A stretch of DNA of 64,000 bases from a virus (taxonomy: Duplodnaviria > Heunggongvirae > Uroviricota > Caudoviricetes). The position numbers and the translations under genes are program-made. The stretch lies in IMG/VR virus record IMGVR_UViG_3300022562_000399; one strand, written 5' to 3'. Positions 14,431 to 24,034 of this stretch are shown here, in pieces; position 1 is the stretch's first letter; each line of letters begins with the position of its first letter. The notes beneath the pieces were generated by a model. The model searched no databases. It saw only the letters and a program-made list of their open reading frames with translations, and was not told the origin of the DNA.

Positions 14431-16329
14431 TCACTCCTTGCCTACCACTGCGAACACCGCAGCTTCCTCGGTCACCGCTTCCTTGACCATCGCGCATCTC
14501 TTGCCGAAGGTCTTCAAGATCGCCTCGGCTGCTTCCTTCGATCCCGCAGCTTCCACGAACCGCGCGTCTATCGCAATCGGATCTCCGCTACCAGCAGCCG
14601 CCAGAAGATCGGCCGTGTTGTTCACGGTCCTCGCGACCTTGTACCCGCAAGCAACCAACACCTTCACTTCTTCGTCGCTCGCGCCGTTGATCACCAAGCC
14701 CTTCATGGGTCGGTCGCACAGGTCGTTGATCAGGGCATCTCTCTCGGCCTCCTCCTTGGTGAGGTAGCTTTCTCCAACCAGGTTCCACAGTCTCGCGTCG
14801 CCCGCGTCTCTGTAGCCCCACGGACCGGCCAGGTTTAAGGTCACCTTCTTGGTCTTGCCCAGCTTCTTGTACGCCGCTCTGAACTCCTTCATCTTGGCCA
14901 GGGCCTTGCCTTCGGTGATCCAGTCCGCAACGTCCACGACCATGTCATTGGCCACCAGCTTGGCTCCCTTCCTGGTCACCGCCAACTCGGCCAGCGCCCA
15001 CTTTATCAAGACCTCGACCGCTTCGTCAGTCGCGCCGTCGATGATCTTCGGACCGTTCTCCGCGTGCCACACATTGCCGGTGCTGCCGTCCATGGTGATC
15101 GAGACCCCTTCGAGGTTGTCAATCTCCAGGTCGGTGGCGCCCACGATGCAGGGCTTGTCCAGCGATCTCGCGACAACTGCCGCGTGGCTGGTCGCGCCTC
15201 CGGTTCTGGTCAGCACACCCGCCGCCTTGATCATGTCGCCAAGGTGCTCGGGGCTGGTCTCTTCCGCGATCAGGATGTCACCCGGCTCGATGTTGCCTGG
15301 GGTCTTGGCCACTCCGGTCACGACTCCGTTGCACGCCGCGATCCCAACCACGTGGGCAGGCACCGCGTTGGTCGGGTCGATCATGGGCTTCCTGCTTGCC
15401 AAGAACTGCTTGCCGGTGATCCTGGCCAGGGCCTCCTTCCTGGTGATCAGTCCCTCGTGCTCCATGTCCACTGCAATCTTGATCGCAGCCTTGGCAGTCC
15501 TCTTCGCTGCCCTGGTCTGCAAGAGGTACAGCGTGCCGTCCTCGATGGTGAACTCCACGTCCTGCACGTCTCGGTAGTGCTTCTCCAGGTTGGTGACCAA
15601 ACCCAGCAACTCCTCGTGAAGGTGCTTGGGCAACTCAGTCAACGGCTTCGGGGTCCTGGTTCCGGCCACGACCTCTTCGCCCTGGGCGTTCATCAAGACC
15701 TCGCCCATCACGATGTTCTCGCCAGTGGCCGGGTGCCTCGTGAAGAGAACGCCCGACCCGCTGTTGTCGTTCATGTTGCCGAAGACCATCTTCTGGATCA
15801 CAACCGCAGTCCCCATGTTGTGGGGGATGCCGTTGTGCTCTCTGTAGATCACGGCACGCTCGTTGCCCCAGCTTTTGAACACGGCAATCACGGCCGCGAA
15901 GATCTGGTGCTTCAAGGTCGGACCGGGGTGGCAGCCGACCACGTCCAGGAACATGGCGTCCAGCCTCTTGTTGCAATCATCTGCAACGGCCGTCGGCAGT
16001 CCGTGGTTCACGCAGTTGGCGCCGACGTTCAGGATCGTGTCCATCATGCCTGGCATCGAGACCGGAGCGCCCGACCTCACCGCCCACAACGGAGCCTTGC
16101 CGAAGTTGGGCAGAGCCTCCACCAGGTGCATGATCTCGTCGATCATCTCCTCGACGACGACGACTCCGCGCTCCTGGAAGTCCAGGCAGGCAGAGGTTGG
16201 GATGATGATGGCGTGGGGAACCGGCAGGCCGTTCTGGGTCATTTCGACAAGGCCAGCGCCCTTGCCTCCCAGGATCGCCTTGTCCGGCTTCCCGTCAAAG
16301 TAGCTCGTGTTGTAGATCGTGTGCTTCAT
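14431..16329 (-). CDS. Pyruvate-phosphate-dikinase-like enzyme. It has the PPDK N-terminal nucleotide-binding domain and the phospho-His swivel domain but no PEP/pyruvate TIM barrel. The C-terminal ~190 aa is unknown
   Basis: PPDK signatures LGGKGAGLVEM, GLPVPHAIIIPTSAC and RSGAPVSMPGMMDTILNVGAN. Catalytic His motif TRTGGATSHAAVVARSLDKPCIVG. Ends at 632 aa with no barrel domain. ATG with RBS, and the promoter at 16360-16393 lies upstream. Confidence 0.75.
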   Translation of the reverse strand: MKHTIYNTSYFDGKPDKAILGGKGAGLVEMTQNGLPVPHAIIIPTSACLDFQERGVVVVEEMIDEIMHLVEALPNFGKAPLWAVRSGAPVSMPGMMDTILNVGANCVNHGLPTAVADDCNKRLDAMFLDVVGCHPGPTLKHQIFAAVIAVFKSWGNERAVIYREHNGIPHNMGTAVVIQKMVFGNMNDNSGSGVLFTRHPATGENIVMGEVLMNAQGEEVVAGTRTPKPLTELPKHLHEELLGLVTNLEKHYRDVQDVEFTIEDGTLYLLQTRAAKRTAKAAIKIAVDMEHEGLITRKEALARITGKQFLASRKPMIDPTNAVPAHVVGIAACNGVVTGVAKTPGNIEPGDILIAEETSPEHLGDMIKAAGVLTRTGGATSHAAVVARSLDKPCIVGATDLEIDNLEGVSITMDGSTGNVWHAENGPKIIDGATDEAVEVLIKWALAELAVTRKGAKLVANDMVVDVADWITEGKALAKMKEFRAAYKKLGKTKKVTLNLAGPWGYRDAGDARLWNLVGESYLTKEEAERDALINDLCDRPMKGLVINGASDEEVKVLVACGYKVARTVNNTADLLAAAGSGDPIAIDARFVEAAGSKEAAEAILKTFGKRCAMVKEAVTEEAAVFAVVGKE

Positions 16330-16359
16330 GGCTTCCTTGCCTTGGGTCTCTCGCTACGG

Positions 16360-16393
16360 TCTCAGTATGCTCACAAATCGCGAGCCGTGTCAA
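16360..16393 (-). promoter_or_regulatory. Promoter-like: TTGACA ... (CA)TACTGA upstream of the PPDK-like gene
   Basis: agagggcTTGACAcggctcgcgatttgtgagcaTACTGAgaccg. Confidence 0.4.
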
Positions 16394-16626
16394 GCCCTCT
16401 CTCGTCGGATGGCGAAGTCCTTGTGCTTTGCCGCAGCCAGGCTGGGCATCCTCTCACCCTCTCTCTCGGGGTCGGGGAAGTAGTGCACCCCGCTGGTGGC
16501 GAAGTCCGTGATCATGGCTCGGCCGTCTCGCCGGATGTAGCGCCGATCTCCGTTGCCGTACTCCACCACGCTCCACTCGCCTGCCTTGCGCACTGGGTAG
16601 CCATAGCTTCTGGGGTCAATCTTCAT
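16390..16626 (-). CDS. Small hypothetical protein
   Basis: ATG with GGAGG RBS. Its own consensus promoter at 16650-16678. Confidence 0.4.
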   Translation of the reverse strand: MKIDPRSYGYPVRKAGEWSVVEYGNGDRRYIRRDGRAMITDFATSGVHYFPDPEREGERMPSLAAAKHKDFAIRRERA

Positions 16627-16649
16627 GGGGCCTCCTTGCCTCTACTGTG

Positions 16650-16678
16650 AATGTAACCCCTGGGCTCCCCTTTGTCAA
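16650..16678 (-). promoter_or_regulatory. Promoter: TTGACA-N17-TACATT
   Basis: gtaggtcTTGACAaaggggagcccaggggtTACATTcacagtagaggcaaGGAGGccccATG. Confidence 0.55.
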
Positions 16679-16681
16679 GAC

Positions 16682-18586
16682 CTACTTCGTGGGTGGTCCC
16701 AGGAAGAGGGCTCCGGAGTCGTCCACCACGACCTCGATCACGGTCTCCTCCGGGCACGATCCCAGGTGGACCGCGATGTCCGGCATGGCCACCGGCAGGT
16801 AGGCACCACCCCCCAGGGCCGTCCACACCGCGATGGTGTCGCGCCCCTCCAACTCCTTCAACACGAGGGTCGGGCTCAAGTACATGGTGCCAGGCTTCGA
16901 CTTCTTTGGCATGGGGGGCACTGGTGCCTGTGTGGCCCCCTCCAGCCCGATCACATCCAGGAGGTTCTTGTCCATCTTCGCCAGCTTTTCAATGGCGTGG
17001 TGATGGATCTCCTGTAAGGCGTCGTGATTCACCGTGACACTGGCCAGCGGGGACTTCCCGAACTGGTTGGGGAAGTACGAGTCCTTGCTTTTGAAGAAGG
17101 CCATCTTCTCCAGGTGAGCCTTGCAGATCTGGTGCCATGACTCCTGGTGCGTAACCACTTTCTTCGGTGGGCCCAGGTCGCCCAACGTCGGCATGGACTG
17201 TAGGTCGGAGATGTGCTCGATCTCCTCCACGTCAGCAGGCCACCCTGGGCAGTGCTGGTAGTCGCACGTCAACCCGTGCTTGTAGCCTTTGGGCCCGAAC
17301 TCCGGTGGTGAGTACGCGCCGTCTGGGTAGGTCTTGATCAAGTACGCGAAGAACCCCGCCCAGGCCTTGCCGTAATGGAGGTGGCACAGGAAGTGGAACT
17401 GGGAAAGGTTGAACCGAATTTCGTGGTGGTGCCCTGTCTCCTTGTCGTGTTGGTGCAGAGTGTAGAACGACGACGAGGCGTCCCGCGTCAGGTGGTACGT
17501 CACGGACTCGCACTCCAACAGCGCGGGAGTTTTGACACTACTGTCCACCACCATCGAGAACTTCGGGTTGATCACGTACGGGTCGGACTTCTTCCCCAAC
17601 GCCTTAATGTACTGCTCGGGCTTCTTCGACTTCGCCGCCATCATGACCGCGTGGTTGACACAGACGATATGAAAATTGGGATTGTCGGCCGACATGCCAA
17701 GCACTGGTGGAAACCCTGGGCACGATGGAGCCTTGCACTTCTTCGAGTCCTTCGAGATTCCCCCGCTGGGCATGATGGTGCACACAAACGAGAAGAAGTC
17801 GAAGTCGTCGGCCAAGTACATCGTCTCGTGCAGATAGTGCAACTGCTCTTTGGTCACCGCGATCTCGTGCGGTTCGGCCTTCTGGTAGTTCTCGATCTTG
17901 TAGGAGTTGTAGATCGGGTTGTGGGTGATCTTGAAGACCTCCACTCCGTGCTGCCACACGCTACTCGGAATCGTCCACGCCTTGGGTCCAAACGAGGGCC
18001 ACAGCTTCTTCTTCATGTTCACGACCGTGTGCTCCATTGCGCAGAAGTGATGGACTCCCGCGTCGATGTCTTCCGCGAACCCGGCACCCAGGTGATAGTG
18101 CGGCCACCCTGGGCAGTTCTGATACAGACACCCCGCGCCCTCGACGAAGGACACGAGGGGGGCCGGGTGATTCGTGGCCATGTGGTTGGGCGGCCCCATC
18201 GTTGGGTGGTCGGGGTAGTTCTCGAACAGCCACCGCGCGAAGGCGATGTTGGTGTGGCTACTCATGGGAGACGTGGGGCCAAACAAGGCGGCCTTGGCAA
18301 TCATCCCCACTTGCGCGCATTGCGGCTCCGTCAGGACCAGCGAACGAGGCGCGAACTTCTTCGACTTCGACCTCCGCGTGATCATCGTGACCATGTTCGC
18401 GATGTCTTTCTCGAACTCGTAGATCACGTCGTCCTCGTCCGGCGCCCCGATGATCAACTCCTTGCTTGCTGGCTCGTACGCCTTCATGAAGGCGCCGAAC
18501 GACAGGTCCGTGTTCTGCACAGACTTTGACAGGGAGTCGAGGCCCCACCCCATGTTGTTCAGGGACTCCGTGAGCTTCTTGGCCAT
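16682..18586 (-). CDS. Large His/Cys-rich hypothetical protein with three CPG(W/F)P repeats
   Basis: Repeats LYQNCPGWPHYHLG, KAPSCPGFPPVLG and DYQHCPGWPADVEEIEH. Many His clusters (HHHEIRF, HHHAIEK). Trimmed to the ATG at 18586, which lies after the upstream TAA. Confidence 0.45.
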   Translation of the reverse strand: MAKKLTESLNNMGWGLDSLSKSVQNTDLSFGAFMKAYEPASKELIIGAPDEDDVIYEFEKDIANMVTMITRRSKSKKFAPRSLVLTEPQCAQVGMIAKAALFGPTSPMSSHTNIAFARWLFENYPDHPTMGPPNHMATNHPAPLVSFVEGAGCLYQNCPGWPHYHLGAGFAEDIDAGVHHFCAMEHTVVNMKKKLWPSFGPKAWTIPSSVWQHGVEVFKITHNPIYNSYKIENYQKAEPHEIAVTKEQLHYLHETMYLADDFDFFSFVCTIMPSGGISKDSKKCKAPSCPGFPPVLGMSADNPNFHIVCVNHAVMMAAKSKKPEQYIKALGKKSDPYVINPKFSMVVDSSVKTPALLECESVTYHLTRDASSSFYTLHQHDKETGHHHEIRFNLSQFHFLCHLHYGKAWAGFFAYLIKTYPDGAYSPPEFGPKGYKHGLTCDYQHCPGWPADVEEIEHISDLQSMPTLGDLGPPKKVVTHQESWHQICKAHLEKMAFFKSKDSYFPNQFGKSPLASVTVNHDALQEIHHHAIEKLAKMDKNLLDVIGLEGATQAPVPPMPKKSKPGTMYLSPTLVLKELEGRDTIAVWTALGGGAYLPVAMPDIAVHLGSCPEETVIEVVVDDSGALFLGPPTK

Positions 18587-18602
18587 CTTTTGGGCCGTCT
18601 TC

Positions 18603-18857
18603 TTATCGGGTAGTGCCACACTCCGCCTCCAACTCTCGCGCCAAGTTCTCCATCTCGATCTCCGCCTTGGCAATGGACTTCAACACTTCCCACCTCGACC
18701 GCCGATCCTCGCCTGTCAGGATGCGGAAGCAGTGCGTGCAGAACCAGATGATCTCTCGGTCCCACAGGTCCCGAAGAATGCCGATCTTGCGGCGACTCTT
18801 GTCCTCTCCGCAGAGGCAGCACTCCGGAGCCAGGGTCTCATGGAAGCAGCTTGACAC
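18603..18857 (-). CDS. Small Cys-rich (zinc-finger-like) protein
   Basis: CCLCGEDK...CTHC pattern. Confidence 0.3.
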   Translation of the reverse strand: MSSCFHETLAPECCLCGEDKSRRKIGILRDLWDREIIWFCTHCFRILTGEDRRSRWEVLKSIAKAEIEMENLARELEAECGTTR

Positions 18858-19196
18858 GCTACTGAGTGCGCCACACGCGCACGCCCCCGCTCACGGCTCG
18901 GACCGTGTGGTTCTGCTCGGGGGCATGTCGCTTGCGGAACTGGTTGGCGCCCGACACCAACGAGGCGCGCACGGACGACAGGTCCGCCTTCTTCGGGACC
19001 GCGACGAAGAACGAGTCTCCGACGTTCAGCTTGTTCCACGGGTACAGCTTGCGCTTGTTTCCCATCCCGCGTCTGGGCAGGGGCACGTTCTTGTCCACTT
19101 TGATCATCGCATCCAACACCATGTTGTCTTCCTCCTGTACGTATACGACGAGGGCCCGCAAGGGCCCTCGCCAGTCTTCGGTCTCTTGTCTCCTGG

Positions 19197-19433
19197 TCAG
19201 TCCATGTATCCGTTGGGGTAGTCACGCCCGCCCCAGCAACGGTCGCAGGGCTCCGTGTGGTAGCGGAAGGACTTCTTCCTCCGCTTCTCTCCACGACCAC
19301 GGTATCCGTCCGTCGTGTCCACTACGTAGAACTTGGGGGTCTCGCGAACCACCGTGCCTTCCTTCAAGCAGGGCCCGCAGGGGGAGAATCGAAAGAGTGG
19401 CTTGTCCATCGTTTGGCCTCCTTGCCGTGTCAT
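19197..19433 (-). CDS. Small Cys-containing hypothetical protein
   Basis: ORF downstream of the promoter at 19451-19479. Confidence 0.3.
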   Translation of the reverse strand: MTRQGGQTMDKPLFRFSPCGPCLKEGTVVRETPKFYVVDTTDGYRGRGEKRRKKSFRYHTEPCDRCWGGRDYPNGYMD

Positions 19434-19450
19434 GTCTCGCCTACAGTTTC

Positions 19451-19479
19451 AAGGTACGCCTGGGAGGCTCCTTTGTCAA
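19451..19479 (-). promoter_or_regulatory. Conserved phage promoter: TTGACA-N17-TACCTT
   Basis: ggtaTTGACAaaggagcctcccaggcgTACCTTgaaactgtaggcgag. Confidence 0.55.
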
Positions 19480-19525
19480 TACCCATCCCGATCTTTTTTC
19501 GCGTCCTCACGTTGGGCCTTGTCGA

Positions 19526-19888
19526 TCAGCGACTTGCGGCGATCCTGCATGGGGCCTCCGGGCTTTCCAGCGTTGCTGGGGAGCCGGATTCTGGCCCAGG
19601 CTGGCTTCTCTTTCCTGGTCTTCGACACGTCCTTGCTTCTGCTCTCTCGTCTGCCGCCGCGATCCTCTCGGCCATCTCTCGCACGTCCTTCGGTCGGTAG
19701 CAGTCCCAGCAGCCTCCAAGACTCCATCGTATCTTACGGCCGCAGATACCGCAAGCGTTCTCTCGCAGGTGTCCGAAAATAGGAGCCGGTGGAGAAGCGC
19801 CGTGTGACACCAACGCGAACGGAGGACACCACCCCTCGACCGCGTGCCACTCGTTTGCGTGCCAGTTCGCCAGTTGGGCTAAGTACAT
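19526..19888 (-). CDS. Cys-rich hypothetical protein
   Basis: ATG preceded by AAGGGAGG. A palindromic 16-mer lies just upstream. CGICGRK...CWDC motif. Confidence 0.3.
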   Translation of the reverse strand: MYLAQLANWHANEWHAVEGWCPPFALVSHGASPPAPIFGHLRENACGICGRKIRWSLGGCWDCYRPKDVREMAERIAAADERAEARTCRRPGKRSQPGPESGSPATLESPEAPCRIAASR

Positions 19889-19903
19889 GCTTCCTCCCTT
19901 AGG

Positions 19904-19919
19904 TTGCAACTATCTTCAA
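19904..19919. repeat. 16-mer variant TTGCAACTATCTTCAA
   Basis: Just upstream of the RBS and ATG of gene 19526..19888. Confidence 0.45.
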
Positions 19920-20117
19920 AATGTTCCCGCCAAGATCCGCTTCATGCGTTTGCCCGTTGGCCGTCGTGTTGCCACTGCCTCTCTTCGGAAGTTCTTGGGT
20001 GCTGGGGGAAGTTCTCCCGAGCCCTTGCAAGCAGAACAACAGCGAACCCACCACTCACTCTTCCACGGTACGCGAAGCAGACGGCGTCCGCTGCCTCGAC
20101 ACACCCCACACCTCACG

Positions 20118-20834
20118 TCAGACCGATGCCGTTGCAAGGCGACCCTCCTGTAGCAATCCCCACACGGTCGGGCACCAGTGCTGGAGAATGTCGTTCTCGA
20201 TCACCCGAGCGTACTCGCGAATCTCTGCTTGAGCGTGGGAGTCGTTGCGTAGCTCCAGGAAGTGCAGCAGGTTGCGCAGGTCCGTCTTCCAGTACCAACT
20301 CGTGTACAAGTTCAGGCCCAGGGCCAGGCGGGCAGTCTCGCGCGACACCCCACGCTCCAGCCACTTGTCGTAGACCTTTAGCTGCTGCTCGCACAGCAGG
20401 GTCAGATCCGTGGCGAACTCCTTGGCCTCCCAGATCGGCAGCTTCTCCGCGCTGCCCTGCTTGTTCTTCTTGTCCTGGTATCGCACCAGGTCGGGCGCCG
20501 GGATGTAGAAATCGCGACACGCCTCCGAGTAGCGCAGTGACTCCTCGTTCACGCTCGCCGTGCGGTGTCGTATCCACTGCCGCGCCACGAAGATCGGCAG
20601 CTTCACGTGTAGCGTGATCTCAGCCATCTCGAAGGGAGACATGTGCTTGTTGCGATACAGGTACGCCACCAGCTTGTCGTCTTCCCTCTTCGTCCTCGTG
20701 CCCGACCCGTAGGACACGCGCGCAGCCTGCACGATGCTCGACTCGTCGCCCATCACATTGACGACGCGCAGAAGCCCGTGATCTAACACCCCCCACACAG
20801 CAGACCGCCAGTGTCCACCCATGGGGGAGACCAT
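20118..20834 (-). CDS. thyX: Flavin-dependent thymidylate synthase ThyX
   Basis: ThyX signature RHRTASVNEESLRY. Trimmed to MVSPMGG. The upstream part of the listed ORF is a junk extension. Confidence 0.85.
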   Translation of the reverse strand: MVSPMGGHWRSAVWGVLDHGLLRVVNVMGDESSIVQAARVSYGSGTRTKREDDKLVAYLYRNKHMSPFEMAEITLHVKLPIFVARQWIRHRTASVNEESLRYSEACRDFYIPAPDLVRYQDKKNKQGSAEKLPIWEAKEFATDLTLLCEQQLKVYDKWLERGVSRETARLALGLNLYTSWYWKTDLRNLLHFLELRNDSHAQAEIREYARVIENDILQHWCPTVWGLLQEGRLATASV

Positions 20835-20851
20835 CCCGTCCGGAGGCAGCG

Positions 20852-21334
20852 TCACGCCAAGACCTCCGCCCTCTGCTCGCGCGTTTTGTGGAGGAGTTTG
20901 AGGTAACGCCGGGCCGCCTTCTCTCGGGTTCTCATGGTGATCTCCGCCCGTACTTCTCGCCGCCACTTGTACAGGTCTTCGCTCCACGCCTTCCAGGACT
21001 TGCCGAACTCGATGGCGAACTTGCCCCACCAGTTGCATCTCGGGATGCCGTACTCCGTGGCTATCTTCTCGATCAAGGGCACGTTCGGCTCCTCCCACGC
21101 GAACGCCTCCACCATGGGATAGGGCGTGCCGGTCAGGAAGGCGTAGGCCAGCAGGTGGGCTCTCACCATTGGCCTGTAGTGGCCGTCCACCATCGCCTGT
21201 CTTCGGCGTCTCCGATCCTCCGTCTTGGCCTTGCCGACGAGGGCCTTGGCTTCGGCCAACTCCACCATCAGTCCCTTGATCCGCAGCTTCAACTGCGGCA
21301 GCTTCTCGACCTTGCGGCCATCCAATCTAGTCAT
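20852..21334 (-). CDS. Hypothetical protein
   Basis: ORF abutting thyX. Confidence 0.35.
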   Translation of the reverse strand: MTRLDGRKVEKLPQLKLRIKGLMVELAEAKALVGKAKTEDRRRRRQAMVDGHYRPMVRAHLLAYAFLTGTPYPMVEAFAWEEPNVPLIEKIATEYGIPRCNWWGKFAIEFGKSWKAWSEDLYKWRREVRAEITMRTREKAARRYLKLLHKTREQRAEVLA

Positions 21335-21470
21335 CGCTTTCCTCCTGGTTTGGTTGTTGCTCGTCGTCGTTTGTCTCGCACGTAGCGAAAGAGGGCCACC
21401 GAGAACAGATACACCACGGTGGCCATGGTGATGAACACGGCCAGGATCTCGTACTCCATTCGCCTCCTCC

Positions 21471-21857
21471 TCACGAGCCTTTATATTCGTCCAGGAAGAC
21501 GTTGATCAGGTTGGCACTCTGAGGCTGCACTGAAATGGTGCTGTGTCCGGAGATCACCAGGCGCCTTCCGTACTTGTTGCCACGCAGGCTGCGCAACGAA
21601 ACTTCGATGGAGTCCGCGTGCGTGCGGTTGGGATCACTGCTCATGCGAAAGACCGCGTGGTCAGCCAATGCGATGGGCGTGTACTGGTCCTTCCGTTCGA
21701 TGTACCCAGCGTCGATCTTCAACGCCTCGGTGTAGGAGTCTGCGGTGTTGAGTCTGTCCCGCAACACCACGTTCTCGTTGGCCAGACTCAGGACGAGTGA
21801 CTGCACCCACTGCGGTTGCTTCGCCAGCTTCGCCCACGCCTCCTTCTCGATCTTCAT
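21471..21857 (-). CDS. Hypothetical protein
   Basis: ORF. ATGA overlap with the upstream ORF 21854..22174. Confidence 0.3.
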   Translation of the reverse strand: MKIEKEAWAKLAKQPQWVQSLVLSLANENVVLRDRLNTADSYTEALKIDAGYIERKDQYTPIALADHAVFRMSSDPNRTHADSIEVSLRSLRGNKYGRRLVISGHSTISVQPQSANLINVFLDEYKGS

Positions 21858-22174
21858 GCCGCTGCCTTTGCCTCCTTCGCCTTCGCCTTGGCTGCTTCCT
21901 TCAACTCGGCCACGATCTCCGGGAGCATGTCGAAGTACACTTCCTCGGCCGTCTCCGTGGTCACCGCGTAGCCCCTAGTGTTCAGGTGGTGGACCTTCAC
22001 GTCGTACAGGTCGGGGCCCGGCCTGTAGATGATGTCCACGTTGAACACGTGGTAGCGGTTGGCCGTGTGAAGGCGGAGCGTGTTGGCGTCTACGGCGTAG
22101 AGCTTCACGCCTCTGCCCGTCATGCCCATGGCCTTGACTTGGGCCGCGATTGTCTTGACTGTGTTGGTGATCAT
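21854..22174 (-). CDS. Hypothetical protein
   Basis: ORF downstream of the promoter at 22208-22236. Confidence 0.3.
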   Translation of the reverse strand: MITNTVKTIAAQVKAMGMTGRGVKLYAVDANTLRLHTANRYHVFNVDIIYRPGPDLYDVKVHHLNTRGYAVTTETAEEVYFDMLPEIVAELKEAAKAKAKEAKAAA

Positions 22175-22207
22175 CCGATTGCCTCCTTGCTTTCTCGATC
22201 CACTTTG

Positions 22208-22236
22208 AGCCTACGCCTCCCGCGCTGCCATGTCAA
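22208..22236 (-). promoter_or_regulatory. Promoter: TTGACA-N17-TAGGCT
   Basis: gacgcTTGACAtggcagcgcgggaggcgTAGGCTcaaagtgg. Confidence 0.5.
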
Positions 22237-22826
22237 GCGTCCTCGGTCAGGAACCGCACCGCCTGGTTCAGGAGTCCCCACGCGGTGGTGCCTCGGTCTG
22301 CCTCGGGGGTCTTCCGCATGGCGTCCCGCATCCCGTCCACGACCATGTGCGCCAGGAAGGGCACCTTGTTCACATCGTAGATCATGAACCACCACCAGTC
22401 CGCGTTCCAGCTTCGAGCCGCCGTCCCCAGCAGCCGGGACAGGGCGTCCTTGTACCGGCGAGCCAGCCCCACCGACAAGGTCGCGCTGCGGTTGACGTAG
22501 TTGTCGTAGAGATCGACCAGCTTGACCAGGGTGGCCGCTCGGAACAGTCCGATGCGCTCGATGTAGGATTGGTAGGTCTCCACCTTGGGGTCACGACTCA
22601 CGAGCCGCACCAGGTCGATGGTCTGCGCCTTGAAGTGGGACGCCCACAGCAACCCCTCGGACATGAACCCGTCCTCCATCATGTCGTGCAGGTAGCCTGC
22701 CGCCACGATCTCCTCGGGCACTCCCATCACCGCGAGCCAGTCGCCCACGCGCACGGGATGCGACTCCAACCCGTACCACTCCACCGCCAGTTCTCGTGCC
22801 TCTCCCGCCTTGGTCTTCTTGGTCAT
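22233..22826 (-). CDS. HD-domain phosphohydrolase-like protein
   Basis: H...HD pattern (HPVRVGDW ... AAGYLHDMMED). Confidence 0.45.
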   Translation of the reverse strand: MTKKTKAGEARELAVEWYGLESHPVRVGDWLAVMGVPEEIVAAGYLHDMMEDGFMSEGLLWASHFKAQTIDLVRLVSRDPKVETYQSYIERIGLFRAATLVKLVDLYDNYVNRSATLSVGLARRYKDALSRLLGTAARSWNADWWWFMIYDVNKVPFLAHMVVDGMRDAMRKTPEADRGTTAWGLLNQAVRFLTEDA

Positions 22827-23152
22827 ATCCCCTCCAGGTAGTCTCGAACCTCGCCCATGCTCTTGAACTCCGCCCTCTTGCCGGGGCGGAGGATCACGAA
22901 CTTGCCGCCGCCTTCGACGAGCACGGCCTCCAGGCTGTTGCCAGCCTCGTCCAGAATGTCGTACGCCTTCATGGTCAGCCGCTTCTTCTTGCGGGGAACC
23001 AGCACGAAGTCGAGACCATCACAGCCGAAGAGCTTCTTGCCCTTCACACCCGTGGATGTCTCGCCCTTGGCGACCTTGGCCTTGGTCGTCTTCTTCTTGC
23101 GCTCGCGCGGCGCCCGCTTCTTCTTGGCCTTCGGTTTGAACGTCACAGCCAT
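22823..23152 (-). CDS. Basic hypothetical protein (Lys-rich N-terminus)
   Basis: ATGA overlap with the HD gene. A palindrome-like motif and an RBS lie upstream. Confidence 0.35.
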   Translation of the reverse strand: MAVTFKPKAKKKRAPRERKKKTTKAKVAKGETSTGVKGKKLFGCDGLDFVLVPRKKKRLTMKAYDILDEAGNSLEAVLVEGGGKFVILRPGKRAEFKSMGEVRDYLEGI

Positions 23153-23380
23153 CGTTGCTTCCTTACCGTCTTCGCTGTTGCAATTGTCTTCACAGGTATG
23201 CCACGAAGTCGCCGTCCTCGTCGTACGCCTCGATCAGGCTCTTGCCGGTAGCGGTCTCGGCGTGCTTGGCCTTGAAGGTCCAGCCGTCAGGGTCCGCCAT
23301 CATCTCGACCACCAGGGCCTCCGCCTTGGCAGGATCGAACAGGGTCGGCACGCTCTTCAAGATCATCACGGGGGGCCTCC

Positions 23381-23569
23381 TTACCAGCACCGCAGGACTG
23401 CGGTCTCCGCGTTCCAGGCTCTCTCAGCCGCCCTATCCAAGATCCCGAAGAGGGCAGCGTTCTCGGCCTCGGTCAAGAAGCCTTGTTGGGCCATCCTGGC
23501 TCTCAACGCCCTGGCCAAAAACCAGTCTCTCACGGGGGTCCAAAGCATCTCTCTCATGGCGTCCATCAT
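23381..23569 (-). CDS. Small hypothetical protein
   Basis: ATG with GGTAGGAGAG RBS, downstream of the promoter at 23591-23619. Confidence 0.3.
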   Translation of the reverse strand: MMDAMREMLWTPVRDWFLARALRARMAQQGFLTEAENAALFGILDRAAERAWNAETAVLRCW

Positions 23570-23590
23570 GTCTCTCCTACCCACAAGAAC

Positions 23591-23619
23591 ACTATGGGCC
23601 TGGGGACGCCGTTTGTCAA
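23591..23619 (-). promoter_or_regulatory. Promoter: TTGACA-N17-CATAGT
   Basis: gtaggtcTTGACAaacggcgtccccaggcccATAGTgttcttgtgggtaggagagacATG. Confidence 0.45.
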
Positions 23620-24034
23620 GACCTACTTCGGTTTATTTTTGCAGTTCGCACAGATCACGATGATGTTCCCCATCGAGTGGGGCGACACCTTCACACTTGT
23701 GCCAGCCCCCACTAGGGGCACCGACGCACCGCACTTGCTACAGACCCCGTATCCAGGGGCCTTTCCAGCACTCGTAGCCACAGCTATCACCTCCAGCCTA
23801 ATGGTGGCACACTGGAGGAGCTAAGTCAACCACGACCGCTCCTCCAGGTGCCGATTGGCTGGCTACTCGTCCAGATCCTCCAGCAGGATCGGGCCCGCTC
23901 TCAGGTCCAAGTCCAGATCCAGCAGGATCTCGTCCGCCGCCAGCATCGCCTCTTCCTCGCGCTCGATGGCGCGCATGACCTCTTCCGGTAGTCCAATTTC
24001 CATAGTCCGTGGGCTCCTTCTTCCCACAGGTCCA

